DNA of 64,000 bases from Candidatus Zambryskiibacteriota bacterium (GCA_048499675.1 JASNZL010000008.1:27-64026), one strand, 5' to 3'. Counted from the first letter of the stretch, positions 47,591-57,113 are shown. Made by a program: numbers and translations. The notes: a model not told the origin generated them from the letters alone.

Positions 47591-47967
47591 AAGAGATTAA
47601 TTTCTTAGCATAAAATAGAAAGACATAATATTTATTTCGAAAATTTTAAATTTTAAATTCTAAACATAATTTTAAAAATACCAAATTACAGTATCCAAAT
47701 TACAAACAATACACAAATAACAAAATCTAAAATTTAAAGATTTAGGATTTAAGAGTTTGTTTCCCCCTTCGCTAAAGCTTCGGCGGGACAAGTCGGATTT
47801 CGGATTTAGGATTTAGAATTTTAGTTAAGCTTTTATACGATTTGTGAGTAGCTTTATAAACTTTTTACCTTCAAACTTTCTAACTAATATATTCGTGTTA
47901 TTCGTGTGCATTCGCCCGCCTGCAACGTGTATGCGATAGCATTGCGGGCAGGTATATTGGTGTCGCG

Positions 47968-48930
47968 TTAGTATTTTATAGTCGCTACTACGAGCCCATT
48001 TTCGTCATGTAAATTTATGACATCATTTTTGGTTCTCCATAACGTACCAAATCTACCTAGATAAACCCTATAAATATTTCCCGGGAAATCGGTGTCCCCA
48101 AAATGGGTAGCTACGCACATATTGTAGTTAATCTGAGTGGTTAAGTATGTTTTGCATGAAGTTGTAACAGTGTCAGGCAAATCTCTAATGAACTCATTAT
48201 CTATTGTTCTACATCTACCTATTCTTTCAATAATCTTTACACACTCATCGTGTCTATCTGGAATGGATGAAAATAATGGGAGATTTTCGTCTTTCGCACG
48301 TGGGCACTGTAGAGGTAATCTTGGGTAAAAAGTGCGGTTTTCTTCAAAATAACCAGTACACTTGTTTGTTCTAAAAGAGATACCGATTGGAGAAAATCCT
48401 TTGGTTACGATGGCCTTATCTCCTTTTTGCAAAACAATGTCACTTTCTGTTTTTGTATTTGGAAAAGGTAAAAGTGATGCTCTACCAATCATTGCGTAAT
48501 TTCCTGTAACTTCACTCCTAAAATACCAGCCAGTAATATTTATCGTTTCAGTTATTTTGAGATTTGTAGACAATGTTAAATATTCTTTGCTTGGGTCACT
48601 TTGCCTAACCCCAGAAATATTGGACATTCTTATTTTGCCATAATATGGCGACCTCTCTTTGGGTACTACTTGCTTCGATATGTTTCTTTCCAGTTTTTGA
48701 AGATCTCTTTCTATTTTTTTTATCTCGTCTGCAAGTACTTTATTTGAAGTTTCTCCAAGATTTGTTCCGGAACTTGTATTGCTTCGTCCGACAGAGGAAG
48801 ACCCTTCTGTAGAAGCAGTTTTGCCCGAGCTTGTCTGTCTGTCACTCGAGCTATTTTTGATTGGTCCATAAGCAAGACCAACTACGATTATTAAAACTAA
48901 TATTACAAATATAGGTGTTTTGTCTTCCAT
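47968..48930 (-). CDS. N-terminally anchored Ser/Thr-rich and Cys-containing extracytoplasmic protein; unknown
   Basis: MEDKTPIFVILVLIIVVGLAYGP anchor; no family recognised. Confidence 0.45.
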   Translation of the reverse strand: MEDKTPIFVILVLIIVVGLAYGPIKNSSSDRQTSSGKTASTEGSSSVGRSNTSSGTNLGETSNKVLADEIKKIERDLQKLERNISKQVVPKERSPYYGKIRMSNISGVRQSDPSKEYLTLSTNLKITETINITGWYFRSEVTGNYAMIGRASLLPFPNTKTESDIVLQKGDKAIVTKGFSPIGISFRTNKCTGYFEENRTFYPRLPLQCPRAKDENLPLFSSIPDRHDECVKIIERIGRCRTIDNEFIRDLPDTVTTSCKTYLTTQINYNMCVATHFGDTDFPGNIYRVYLGRFGTLWRTKNDVINLHDENGLVVATIKY

Positions 48931-49059
48931 CCCGTAGTGAAAAATGGCATTGCTTTAAAAGCAGGTGCTCATTTTTGTTTTTATTGTTGGTAATTTAAAC
49001 ATAATCAATTTAATCCATACTTACATACTACACTTTTGATGCCATTTTCTACTACGGGA
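48931..49059. repeat. 130-bp TIR element copy B (reverse orientation on + strand), abutting the start codon of the 47968..48930 gene
   Basis: CCCGTAGTGAAAAATGGCATTGC ... GATGCCATTTTCTACTACGGG; ~90% identical to copy A. Confidence 0.75.
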
Positions 49060-49106
49060 CCATCCCGTTAGAAGTATAAAATTATACAATTGAAAATAAA
49101 TTTTCT

Positions 49107-49973
49107 CTAACTATACTTTATTTGGTGTATGGGACAGAAGTGAGAACTACGTCCTTTTATCACCATTCTCTCTATTATACCCGAGCATCCGTTTTTTGGA
49201 CACTCTGCCCCTTTTTTGCCATAAACCTTGTGAAAATTTTGAAAACCACCTTTTTTGCCAAAAGCATTGCGATAATCTGATTTAGAATCGCCTCCATGCT
49301 TAATTGAAAGTTTTAATATTGTTAGCATAGCTTTAAATATTTCTATAAATTTATTTTCTGGAATTTTTTCACTCTTTGACGCGGGGTGTATACTAGTTTG
49401 CCAAAGTATTTCATCTGAATAAATATTACCAATTCCAGCAATGGTGTTTTGGTCAAGTAGACTTGATTTAATTGGCCAATTTTTCTTTCTATGAATCAGC
49501 TCAAAAAGTTTTTTTGAATTTAATTTTGGATGGAAAGGGTCAATACCGAGTTTTCCGAGTGTTTCGTGCAAATGATTTTGATCCGTTTTTGAAATAATGA
49601 CAGAAGCAAATTTTCTCAAATCTGAAAGTAGTAAATAGTGATTATTTGAAAGTGTGAAAATGAGGTGAATATATTTTTCATCAGAGAAATCTTTTTTATA
49701 CATAAGGCACCCTGTCATTTTCATATGCACCACGATTGTATGGTCAGTGCTTAAATTTATTAAAATATTTTTACCTCTTCTTTCTACACTTTTAATTTTT
49801 GAACCCTTAGTAATTTTTCGGAACTTATCAAAATATTTTTTGTTCTTTATGTTTTGTCGATTGTTATATTTTGAACCAATATAAAAATCCGACCAGACAT
49901 CCTTAATTGTCTTGCCAATAACGACACTTTTCAAACCTTCTACGGTTGTATGTACTTCGGGTAATTCAGGCAT
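49107..49973 (-). CDS. mutM: formamidopyrimidine-DNA glycosylase (Fpg/MutM/Nei family)
   Basis: N-terminal MPELPEVHTTV (catalytic Pro2/Glu3), H2TH, C-terminal zinc finger CPKNGC...CPIHQ. Confidence 0.9.
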   Translation of the reverse strand: MPELPEVHTTVEGLKSVVIGKTIKDVWSDFYIGSKYNNRQNIKNKKYFDKFRKITKGSKIKSVERRGKNILINLSTDHTIVVHMKMTGCLMYKKDFSDEKYIHLIFTLSNNHYLLLSDLRKFASVIISKTDQNHLHETLGKLGIDPFHPKLNSKKLFELIHRKKNWPIKSSLLDQNTIAGIGNIYSDEILWQTSIHPASKSEKIPENKFIEIFKAMLTILKLSIKHGGDSKSDYRNAFGKKGGFQNFHKVYGKKGAECPKNGCSGIIERMVIKGRSSHFCPIHQIKYS

Positions 49974-50038
49974 GGAATAGTTTAGAGCTTACAGCTTTTA
50001 GCTTAGAGTGTAAACAAACCAAAAATTTCTCAAAACTT

Positions 50039-51337
50039 TTAGCTATTACCTAAAACCTTCTTTAGTTCTTCACGAGCAACATACGCATCGTCCCAAGGAG
50101 TTTTTTTACCGTTGGCTTCCATAATATAAGGGTCAGTGCCTTTACCTGTAATCAAAACAGCAACTCTGTTTTGGTTATCCCGCGAAGCTCCATTTTTTGG
50201 AGCGAAGCGAAACGCCTTCAGAATCGCGGTCCGAATCGCAGTTCGTCTATCCATTATAATTTCTGTCGGTTTGTTTTTTATACCTTTTTTTATATCATCC
50301 ACGATTTTTACAGGGTCTTCATCATACGGGTCTTCATTGGTTAAAATAATTTGTTCACAATATTTGTCTGCAAGTCGTCCCATCTCAGGTCTTTTCCATG
50401 TGTCTCTACCGCCCCCAGTATTTCCCAAAATACAAATTGTTTTGTGTGTTTTATAGGTTTCGTATACTGCTTTGAGTGAGTCGGGTGTGTGAGCATAATC
50501 AACAACAACATCAAAATTTTGTCCTATATCTACTTTTTCCATTCTGCCTCTTATAAACTGCATATTTTCCAAACCTTTCTTAATTATCTCGTCCTGTATT
50601 CCAAAAAATCTTGCACAAGCTATTGCGCCAAGCATATTTGAAACGTTAAATATTCCTGGGAGTTTGGAATGAATCACAACTTTGCCTATCTGAAAAACAG
50701 AACCTTTTTCATCTGCTTTGACAGCGGTTGCGTCTTTGAGAGAGTAGGGGATTTTGTGGTCTGCAGAAACCTCTAAAAACTTTTCTCCTTCTTTATCGTC
50801 TATGTTTGCAATTATGCAAGTATCCCCTTTGACTTTTTTTGTTAACTCGCGTGCAATATTTAATTTGGCTTCTCTATAATTTTCGTAAGAACCATGAGAT
50901 TCGATGTGTTCCTTTGCAAGATTTGTAAATATAAGAGCGTTTGGGTATATAAATCTGTGCCTGAATTGTTTTGATCCTTCACTTGTCATTTCCATAACAA
51001 CATGAGTACAACCCGCATCTAAACTTCTCTTTAGAAAATTTTGTAAGAAAAATCTCCCCGGCATTGTCATTTTAAAAAGGTTTCTTTCTTCTTTTTCGCC
51101 AATTTTAAAACGAAGTGTGCTTGCGAGAGCGGTTTTGTATCCAGCTTCCTCAAAAATCGCATTTACTATTTCTGTTGTTGTTGTTTTGCCTTTTGTACCG
51201 GTTATACCAATTACAACCATTTTTTTAGAAGGGAAACCAAATTTAATTGCTCCAAGAAGTGCAAGTAAAAAGTGGTAGCTAGGCTGAAAAAAACTAAATA
51301 TCTTTTTTGGTATTATTTTTTTTAAAATGTTAAGCAT
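50039..51337 (-). CDS. Mur ligase family enzyme (MurE-like UDP-MurNAc-tripeptide synthetase)
   Basis: P-loop GITGTKGKTTTTEIV, DYAHTPDSL. Confidence 0.7.
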   Translation of the reverse strand: MLNILKKIIPKKIFSFFQPSYHFLLALLGAIKFGFPSKKMVVIGITGTKGKTTTTEIVNAIFEEAGYKTALASTLRFKIGEKEERNLFKMTMPGRFFLQNFLKRSLDAGCTHVVMEMTSEGSKQFRHRFIYPNALIFTNLAKEHIESHGSYENYREAKLNIARELTKKVKGDTCIIANIDDKEGEKFLEVSADHKIPYSLKDATAVKADEKGSVFQIGKVVIHSKLPGIFNVSNMLGAIACARFFGIQDEIIKKGLENMQFIRGRMEKVDIGQNFDVVVDYAHTPDSLKAVYETYKTHKTICILGNTGGGRDTWKRPEMGRLADKYCEQIILTNEDPYDEDPVKIVDDIKKGIKNKPTEIIMDRRTAIRTAILKAFRFAPKNGASRDNQNRVAVLITGKGTDPYIMEANGKKTPWDDAYVAREELKKVLGNS

Positions 51338-51539
51338 ATTTAAATTTAAAATGTAAATATAAAAATTAAAAATGACAATTTAAAATGGAAAATATTTAAA
51401 CCCTAAATTATACTTTTTTGCTATTTTATATTCTTGCCTGTGACTTTTCATTTTGACTTTTAAATTTATAATTTAATCGTACCTCGTACCTCGCCTTCTC
51501 AATTAGTGTCATTCGTTTTCATTTGTAATTTGTGTCGTG

Positions 51540-52106
51540 TTATTGACCTAAATTTTTTAAAATATATTTTATTTTTTCGTTTGTACCTTCCAAATCTTTT
51601 GGTAATTGTTTGATTGTTTCTTGAATATCTCTTTCACGATAACCTAATGATTTAAGAGCTTCAAATACATCCACATCTTCGCTAGTCCTGCTTTCACCTT
51701 TTCTGGTTGTAATTAGTTTTCCATTCAGTTCCAAAACAATTTTCTCCGCTGTTTTTCTGCCAATACCTGAAATTTTGGTAAGTGATGAGGTGTCGCCAGT
51801 ACCAACCGCCTCTTCAATTGATTTTACTCCTGCAACAGAAAGTATGGCTAAACCAGATTTCGGCCCAACTCCAGAAACAGTAATCAAAAGCTCAAAAATC
51901 CTTAGTTCCTCTTCAGTTTCAAAACCATATAAATCAATTGAATTTTCTCTGACCGCCGTGTGGGTCCAAAAGTTTGCTTCCTCTCCTGTTCTTAATTTTG
52001 CCAAATAAGAAGGTGTGCTATATATAATAAAACCAATATTGCCAGCCTTTACAATAGCTTTTGCACCCTTTAAATCAAAAATTTTACCTGTTATGTGTCC
52101 AAACAT
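51540..52106 (-). CDS. ruvA: Holliday junction DNA helicase RuvA
   Basis: MFGHITGKI..., HhH motifs LLITVSGVGPKSGLAIL, C-terminal domain. Confidence 0.9.
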   Translation of the reverse strand: MFGHITGKIFDLKGAKAIVKAGNIGFIIYSTPSYLAKLRTGEEANFWTHTAVRENSIDLYGFETEEELRIFELLITVSGVGPKSGLAILSVAGVKSIEEAVGTGDTSSLTKISGIGRKTAEKIVLELNGKLITTRKGESRTSEDVDVFEALKSLGYRERDIQETIKQLPKDLEGTNEKIKYILKNLGQ

Positions 52107-52259
52107 AAAAGCTTAGAGCTAAAAGCTTAGAGCTTGAAGCTGTATATAATATAGCAAAACTGAGGTTATTTTCATCTTATTGCTATTTTTTTATATTTAT
52201 GTTAGATTTTACACGTCATTAATTTTAAATTTTGATTTTTTAATTTTGATTTTTATAAC

Positions 52260-52517
52260 ATGCCAATAATCAAATCAGCAAAAAAGGCCCTAAGATCTTC
52301 AAAAAAGAAGAGAATTTTCAATTTGAAAAGAAAAAACGAAATGAACAAGATTGTTAAGGAATACAAAAAGCTTGTAATTTCAAAATCAGAAAAAGAAGCT
52401 AAAGATTTGTTACCAAAACTTCAGAAAGCAATAGATAAAGCCTCAAAGAGGGGAGTAATAAAGAAAAACACAGCATCTCGCAAAAAATCCCGCCTAATGA
52501 AGAAACTTTCAAAATAA
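52260..52517 (+). CDS. rpsT: 30S ribosomal protein S20
   Basis: MPIIKSAKKALRSSKKKRIFNLKRK. Confidence 0.9.
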   Translation: MPIIKSAKKALRSSKKKRIFNLKRKNEMNKIVKEYKKLVISKSEKEAKDLLPKLQKAIDKASKRGVIKKNTASRKKSRLMKKLSK

Positions 52518-52529
52518 TTCAAATCAACA

Positions 52530-52558
52530 AAAAAACAGCAGATGCTGTTTTTTTGTTG
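52530..52558 (+). terminator. rho-independent terminator after rpsT
   Basis: AAAAAACAGCAGATGCTGTTTTTTTG; the identical sequence recurs at 54028-54056. Confidence 0.8.
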
Positions 52559-52655
52559 TCCACATTTCTATAGGATTTATTTTAGTTAATTAAATACAAT
52601 ATAAGCATTAATAATATTATAAATCTAACTATGAATTTTTTTAAAGTATTGATTT

Positions 52656-54005
52656 TTGCAGGTATTGCAACATCAATTTTTTTTTGGTGTGTTTAATACA
52701 TCGTCTGCAAATACGGTTCCGCCCCCATTTATTAGTGGTACAGAAGTTAAGGGCGGGCCAAGTATGACAAGTTATATAGGAGAAGAGCTTATTATAAATG
52801 GTACAAATTTATTTACTTTTTGTTGTAAATATGACACTGGAATTTACATAAATAGCAAAGGTCCATTGTCATTAAACGAAAAAATTATTTCTGAGAATAG
52901 AATATCATTTATTGTACCGAATAATTTAGAAGAAGGTAATTCATTTAGTTTGTACATAACAACAAACTCAGGAATAAGTAATATTGTAAACGTTAAAGTG
53001 ATACCAAAATTAGTAAGTAATCAGCTACCAAAACCTTATATATCAAGCATAGAGCCAAAATCAGCAAAAGTGGGCGAATTAGTAACTGTGCGAGGTTCTA
53101 ATTTGTTTGGCAACTCGGTATATCTAAATGATTATTCTGTAAGTTCTGATCCTGTAAACTATAGTTATGACGCTTCTGGCAACAGTCTTGTTTTTACAGT
53201 TCCTAAAGGTTATGACGTAGGAAGATATAATCTGAAAGTTGAGCAAAGAGTTGTTGGTGGGTTTAGCAACTCACTCCCTTTTGAAATTATTGCACAAACA
53301 ATAAATAAACAGCCCGTCATCTCTAGTGTAGAATCAAAAGTAATTGGTGCTGGTAATGTAGTGTCAGGAGAAAAAGCTTATATTCACGGTTCTGGTCTAT
53401 TGGGGCCTTTAACAATACAACTTGGTACGATTGAACCAAAGTATGTATACACTAGAGGAACATCTGATACTTATGCGGAGTTTGTTGTTCCGTATTATAC
53501 TCAAGGAATAAATCTAGACATAAAGGTTACTAATTCAACCAATCTATCTAGTAGTCCTTACCCAGTAAGAGTGTCTACAACATATAGTTCTGCTGGTACT
53601 ACATCAGTTGCGCCAGTTATGGTTGACGCAAGCAACTCTGATTTGAATCAGGTCATTAAATCACTCTTAGAGCAAATTCAGGCATTACAAGCTCAATTAA
53701 ATGAGAGAAACAAACAGACAACTAACGCAACAAATCAATTTAATAATACAAACATAAATGCATCTTGTTTGATTATTAACCGCGATTTAGCCTACAGAGA
53801 AAAGGATGGGTGGAACACGTCAAATATCACTGGTTTGCAAGATTTTCTTCAATCATCAGGTTACCTAAATTCAGAACCAACTGGTTATTTTGGTCTGATG
53901 ACATTAGACGCAGTTAAGAGATTCCAGAGTGCCCACTCTATAAATTCTACTGGATTAGTTGGTCCAATGACTAGAGCCAAAATACAAGAGTTAAGTTGTA
54001 GATAG
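52656..54005 (+). CDS. surface protein with three IPT/TIG-like repeats, a coiled-coil linker and a C-terminal peptidoglycan-binding domain. The apparent signal peptide lies in another frame upstream (ATG 52631), separated by a T9 tract.
   Basis: repeated segments YISSIEPKSAKVGELVTVRGSNLFG / VISSVESKVIGAGNVVSGEKAYIHGSGLLG; C-terminal DFLQSSGYL...GYFGLMTLDAVKRFQ (PG_binding_1-like). Confidence 0.65.
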   Translation: MQVLQHQFFFGVFNTSSANTVPPPFISGTEVKGGPSMTSYIGEELIINGTNLFTFCCKYDTGIYINSKGPLSLNEKIISENRISFIVPNNLEEGNSFSLYITTNSGISNIVNVKVIPKLVSNQLPKPYISSIEPKSAKVGELVTVRGSNLFGNSVYLNDYSVSSDPVNYSYDASGNSLVFTVPKGYDVGRYNLKVEQRVVGGFSNSLPFEIIAQTINKQPVISSVESKVIGAGNVVSGEKAYIHGSGLLGPLTIQLGTIEPKYVYTRGTSDTYAEFVVPYYTQGINLDIKVTNSTNLSSSPYPVRVSTTYSSAGTTSVAPVMVDASNSDLNQVIKSLLEQIQALQAQLNERNKQTTNATNQFNNTNINASCLIINRDLAYREKDGWNTSNITGLQDFLQSSGYLNSEPTGYFGLMTLDAVKRFQSAHSINSTGLVGPMTRAKIQELSCR

Positions 54006-54027
54006 TTTATTCATTAGATTATCAAAC

Positions 54028-54056
54028 CAAAAAACAGCAGATGCTGTTTTTTTGGT
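54028..54056 (+). terminator. rho-independent terminator (second copy of the rpsT terminator sequence)
   Basis: AAAAAACAGCAGATGCTGTTTTTTTG. Confidence 0.8.
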
Positions 54057-54070
54057 TGTAATTAATTATC

Positions 54071-55822
54071 CTATCGGCCACCACCACCGCCACCACCGCC
54101 ACCCCCTCCGGAAAAACCACCCCCTCCAGAGCCACCAGAGCTTGAACCATAACTCGAGTTTGCATTAACTGTATTTGAGAAACTACTCATCATTGATGCA
54201 AAAGTGACCGTGTTTATCGTTTGATTATGACTTGAGTACCAACTAGGTCTTGAATGGGTAATTTCGTAATAATGCCCAAGTTCTTTGTTCCATTCTTTTT
54301 CTTTGTTGAACAATACAGCATAGGGAAGTACTTTTTCGTATAATTTTATTAGTTTTGCAGTATCTCTTGTGTCTATAACAACTTTTTCTGCACCAGTTGG
54401 ACTTTGTAAAACTCGCATTCTTTCTGTCTCAGCCATACTTATGTAGTGCTTAAATCCTTTGAGATAGCGACGCAACTCCAAACCTTTGTCTGTGAGTGGT
54501 TTAAGATGCTTTGATGCTCCGTATAGAGTAACAGCCATAATCAAAAATACGAAATTTAGTGATAAGGCGCCACACACAACTAAACCCAAAGCCCCGTATT
54601 TTAATTTTTTTGTTTTGGATTCATCCACTCTTCTTAATTCATATCTCAGGACAAGTAATTCATCCAATTTCTTTTTATTATCACTGATTCTTTTTCGAAA
54701 ACTTGTGTTATTGCGCAAAGATTTTAGAGCCAGTCTCTGTCCTGTTTGTGGAATTCCATCAAAAAGATCACTAAGCATCTCTTTTTCTTCTTCAAAGAGA
54801 TTATTTAAATCATTTTTTATTTCTATTTCATATTCGGCTTTCTTCCAAAAAGTTTTCTCTTTTAACTCAATTATCTTAATATAATCGCGCACTGCCAAAT
54901 CCAAAAGAAAAGCTGTAAGAACAGAATGAGCACTATTTAGTAAACTGGCAGATGTTATTACACTGACCCCGTCTGGAGGGAAATATTCAGTAACGATTGT
55001 CCCTAATTCCTTGTTTCTATTATGAGACTTGTAATAGAAGTATAAAGACCAAAAAATGATTAATACTCCAGTCATTTGAGCAGTAAGTTGGATTAAAGGT
55101 GAAGCAAAAATAGCGAGTATTTTTTCTATTAAAGTAGGTTTGTAACCGGCAAAAGTTTCGGGATTGAAACCAACTGCAATAGTTAAATTTTCATACGGTA
55201 AAAGATTGGTTGTGCTTGCGGTCAAACCATGAAAAATGGGCGATAGTGTACAGGTTTCAGTTCCGCCACTTGCTCCACGATAACAAGCTACAGATCCAGT
55301 GAGTGATGGTATTAATGATTCTGCTATGTTTATTTGAACATTTAGATTTTCTATAGGAACCCTCCAACCCGTGCCGTTTGTGTCCCAGTAAAATTCATCT
55401 TGGTTTGTATTAGGAAAATATTTTGTAACATCTCGTAAGGTGTAGGTGATTGTATATGTTTGTGGGCCAAGGAGATATTCATCTGTCCCTGTTTCAATAA
55501 CATAATGGTCGCCTTTTGAATATTCGGCATATATTGGTTCTGGTTGGCCGTTGCGTTCTAGAGATATTAATGAAAAGGAGAGCGAATGCCCATCATATTG
55601 ATCTGGGATTTCCCGCACTAAACCCTTGTTTTGGGGAAAAGTGGGGAAGTCTGCAGTGATACGCTCTACCACTCGTAGAGTAGAGTGTCCTTCATTGTCT
55701 TTATCCAAAAAATACTCAATTTCAAATTGACTGATTGAAAAATTATTTACATCAGCCATCACCAAAGAAGCCTCACTAAATAGAGAGAAGATTAGTAGAC
55801 AAATAATCAAAAATTTTTTCAT
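54071..55822 (-). CDS. DUF2207-like membrane protein with Gly-rich C-terminal tail
   Basis: signal peptide, large extracytoplasmic N-domain, TM cluster, C-terminal SSSGGSGGGGFSGGGGGGGGGGGR. Confidence 0.6.
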   Translation of the reverse strand: MKKFLIICLLIFSLFSEASLVMADVNNFSISQFEIEYFLDKDNEGHSTLRVVERITADFPTFPQNKGLVREIPDQYDGHSLSFSLISLERNGQPEPIYAEYSKGDHYVIETGTDEYLLGPQTYTITYTLRDVTKYFPNTNQDEFYWDTNGTGWRVPIENLNVQINIAESLIPSLTGSVACYRGASGGTETCTLSPIFHGLTASTTNLLPYENLTIAVGFNPETFAGYKPTLIEKILAIFASPLIQLTAQMTGVLIIFWSLYFYYKSHNRNKELGTIVTEYFPPDGVSVITSASLLNSAHSVLTAFLLDLAVRDYIKIIELKEKTFWKKAEYEIEIKNDLNNLFEEEKEMLSDLFDGIPQTGQRLALKSLRNNTSFRKRISDNKKKLDELLVLRYELRRVDESKTKKLKYGALGLVVCGALSLNFVFLIMAVTLYGASKHLKPLTDKGLELRRYLKGFKHYISMAETERMRVLQSPTGAEKVVIDTRDTAKLIKLYEKVLPYAVLFNKEKEWNKELGHYYEITHSRPSWYSSHNQTINTVTFASMMSSFSNTVNANSSYGSSSGGSGGGGFSGGGGGGGGGGGR

Positions 55823-56040
55823 AATTCTATTGTACAGGAACTAAGAAATGAGAGAAAGGTTTGTTGGTGTAATTTACTAAAATTGGTATTAACAAAATCT
55901 TACTATTGAAACATTTTTATAATATTTGGGTGAACAAAAAACTTTTATAAATTAGCATCCTGACAATAAATTCTGTTTCAATATATAAAAAAAGAGGGGG
56001 GGCGAGTTTCAAACACAACGCCCCCGCTCTGGGTGTACTA

Positions 56041-56553
56041 CTATTGAAGCATGAAATCCCTTTTTATGCTCCCCCTGGGAATGAAGAACTCGTACTTTTT
56101 TGTCGGATAGTCCAGACCAACCAGTAGTAAGTTTGGATTCACAAACTGGTAGGTGTAAGTCTTGAGTTCTCCCACCTTTCTTTCTTCATCTTCAAAAACC
56201 GTGACATTACCCTCAATTTCAATTTTCCTCGGCCGATAGCCCAACCCGACCGCTTCATAGAAGAAGTAGTGCTGGGTTGTGTCAATACTGCCGGTACCGA
56301 GGTAGAATTGCCCACTGAGACCATCGCTCCCACGTAGGCTCACTAGCCCTGTTGTTTCGGGTCCAGTCCAGTGTTTGGGCACCGCAAGACCAATGACTGA
56401 CGCGAAGCCGATGCCAAAAAAGAACACAATCGACGCGAAGATCCCAAAGAAAAATGTTGCAGCGCAACGGTCAAGGAAACCGTCTGCCTGTCCGTACATG
56501 TCCTTCCATGCAAAGACGACAAAAATCAAAACAAAAAGAAGTGGCCAAAGCAT
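56041..56553 (-). CDS. membrane protein, unknown; lies at the AT-rich to GC-rich transition
   Basis: two N-terminal TM helices. Confidence 0.45.
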   Translation of the reverse strand: MLWPLLFVLIFVVFAWKDMYGQADGFLDRCAATFFFGIFASIVFFFGIGFASVIGLAVPKHWTGPETTGLVSLRGSDGLSGQFYLGTGSIDTTQHYFFYEAVGLGYRPRKIEIEGNVTVFEDEERKVGELKTYTYQFVNPNLLLVGLDYPTKKYEFFIPRGSIKRDFMLQ

Positions 56554-56811
56554 ACTTTATCTCCTGTTTGGAAAGTTTTATATCGAGTTACGAGCGCTCG
56601 ATATTGGTCCTTAACCATAATAGCATACTACATATTAAAAGTCAATGTTTTATAAAATCATTAAATAGTGTCTTTTGGGCCACTATTTCTTCTTGGCTAA
56701 ATAATTTAGATACTTTTTACTCAGAAGAATCTAACTTATTTGTTATTGAGTCTTGGTATTAATTAATTATTACAACGCCGTGCCTCTCTGCTAGTAAAGC
56801 ACCTTGCTTGC

Positions 56812-57113
56812 TCGAGGGCACAAAATATTTTGTTTTTTGTGCCCTCGGTAGGAGTATTTCCCTCGACTCAAAATTTTTTCAGTCAAAAAATTTCGGTCTG
56901 GGCACCGGCTCATGGAAATTTATTTCTAAAAATTTCACATTCCGCCGTTCGATTTCTTACAGAAACTGTACACCTTTTCTATTTTTATTTCGCAAAACTC
57001 ATAAAAATTATCAAAGGTCTTGCGAAGCTTCAAACATTTGCTTCTCACCTACACGCAAGCAAAGCAGTTTGCTTGCTCGAGAGCACAAAATATTTTGTTT
57101 TTTGTGCCCCACT
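56812..57113. repeat. two 10-13-bp-stem hairpins (CGAGGGCACAAAA..TTTTGTGCCCTCG) bracketing a ~230-bp segment that contains the conserved element 56955-57050
   Basis: hairpins at 56812-56848 and 57077-57113; inner conserved block matches 46369-46464 (reverse complement). Confidence 0.6.
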
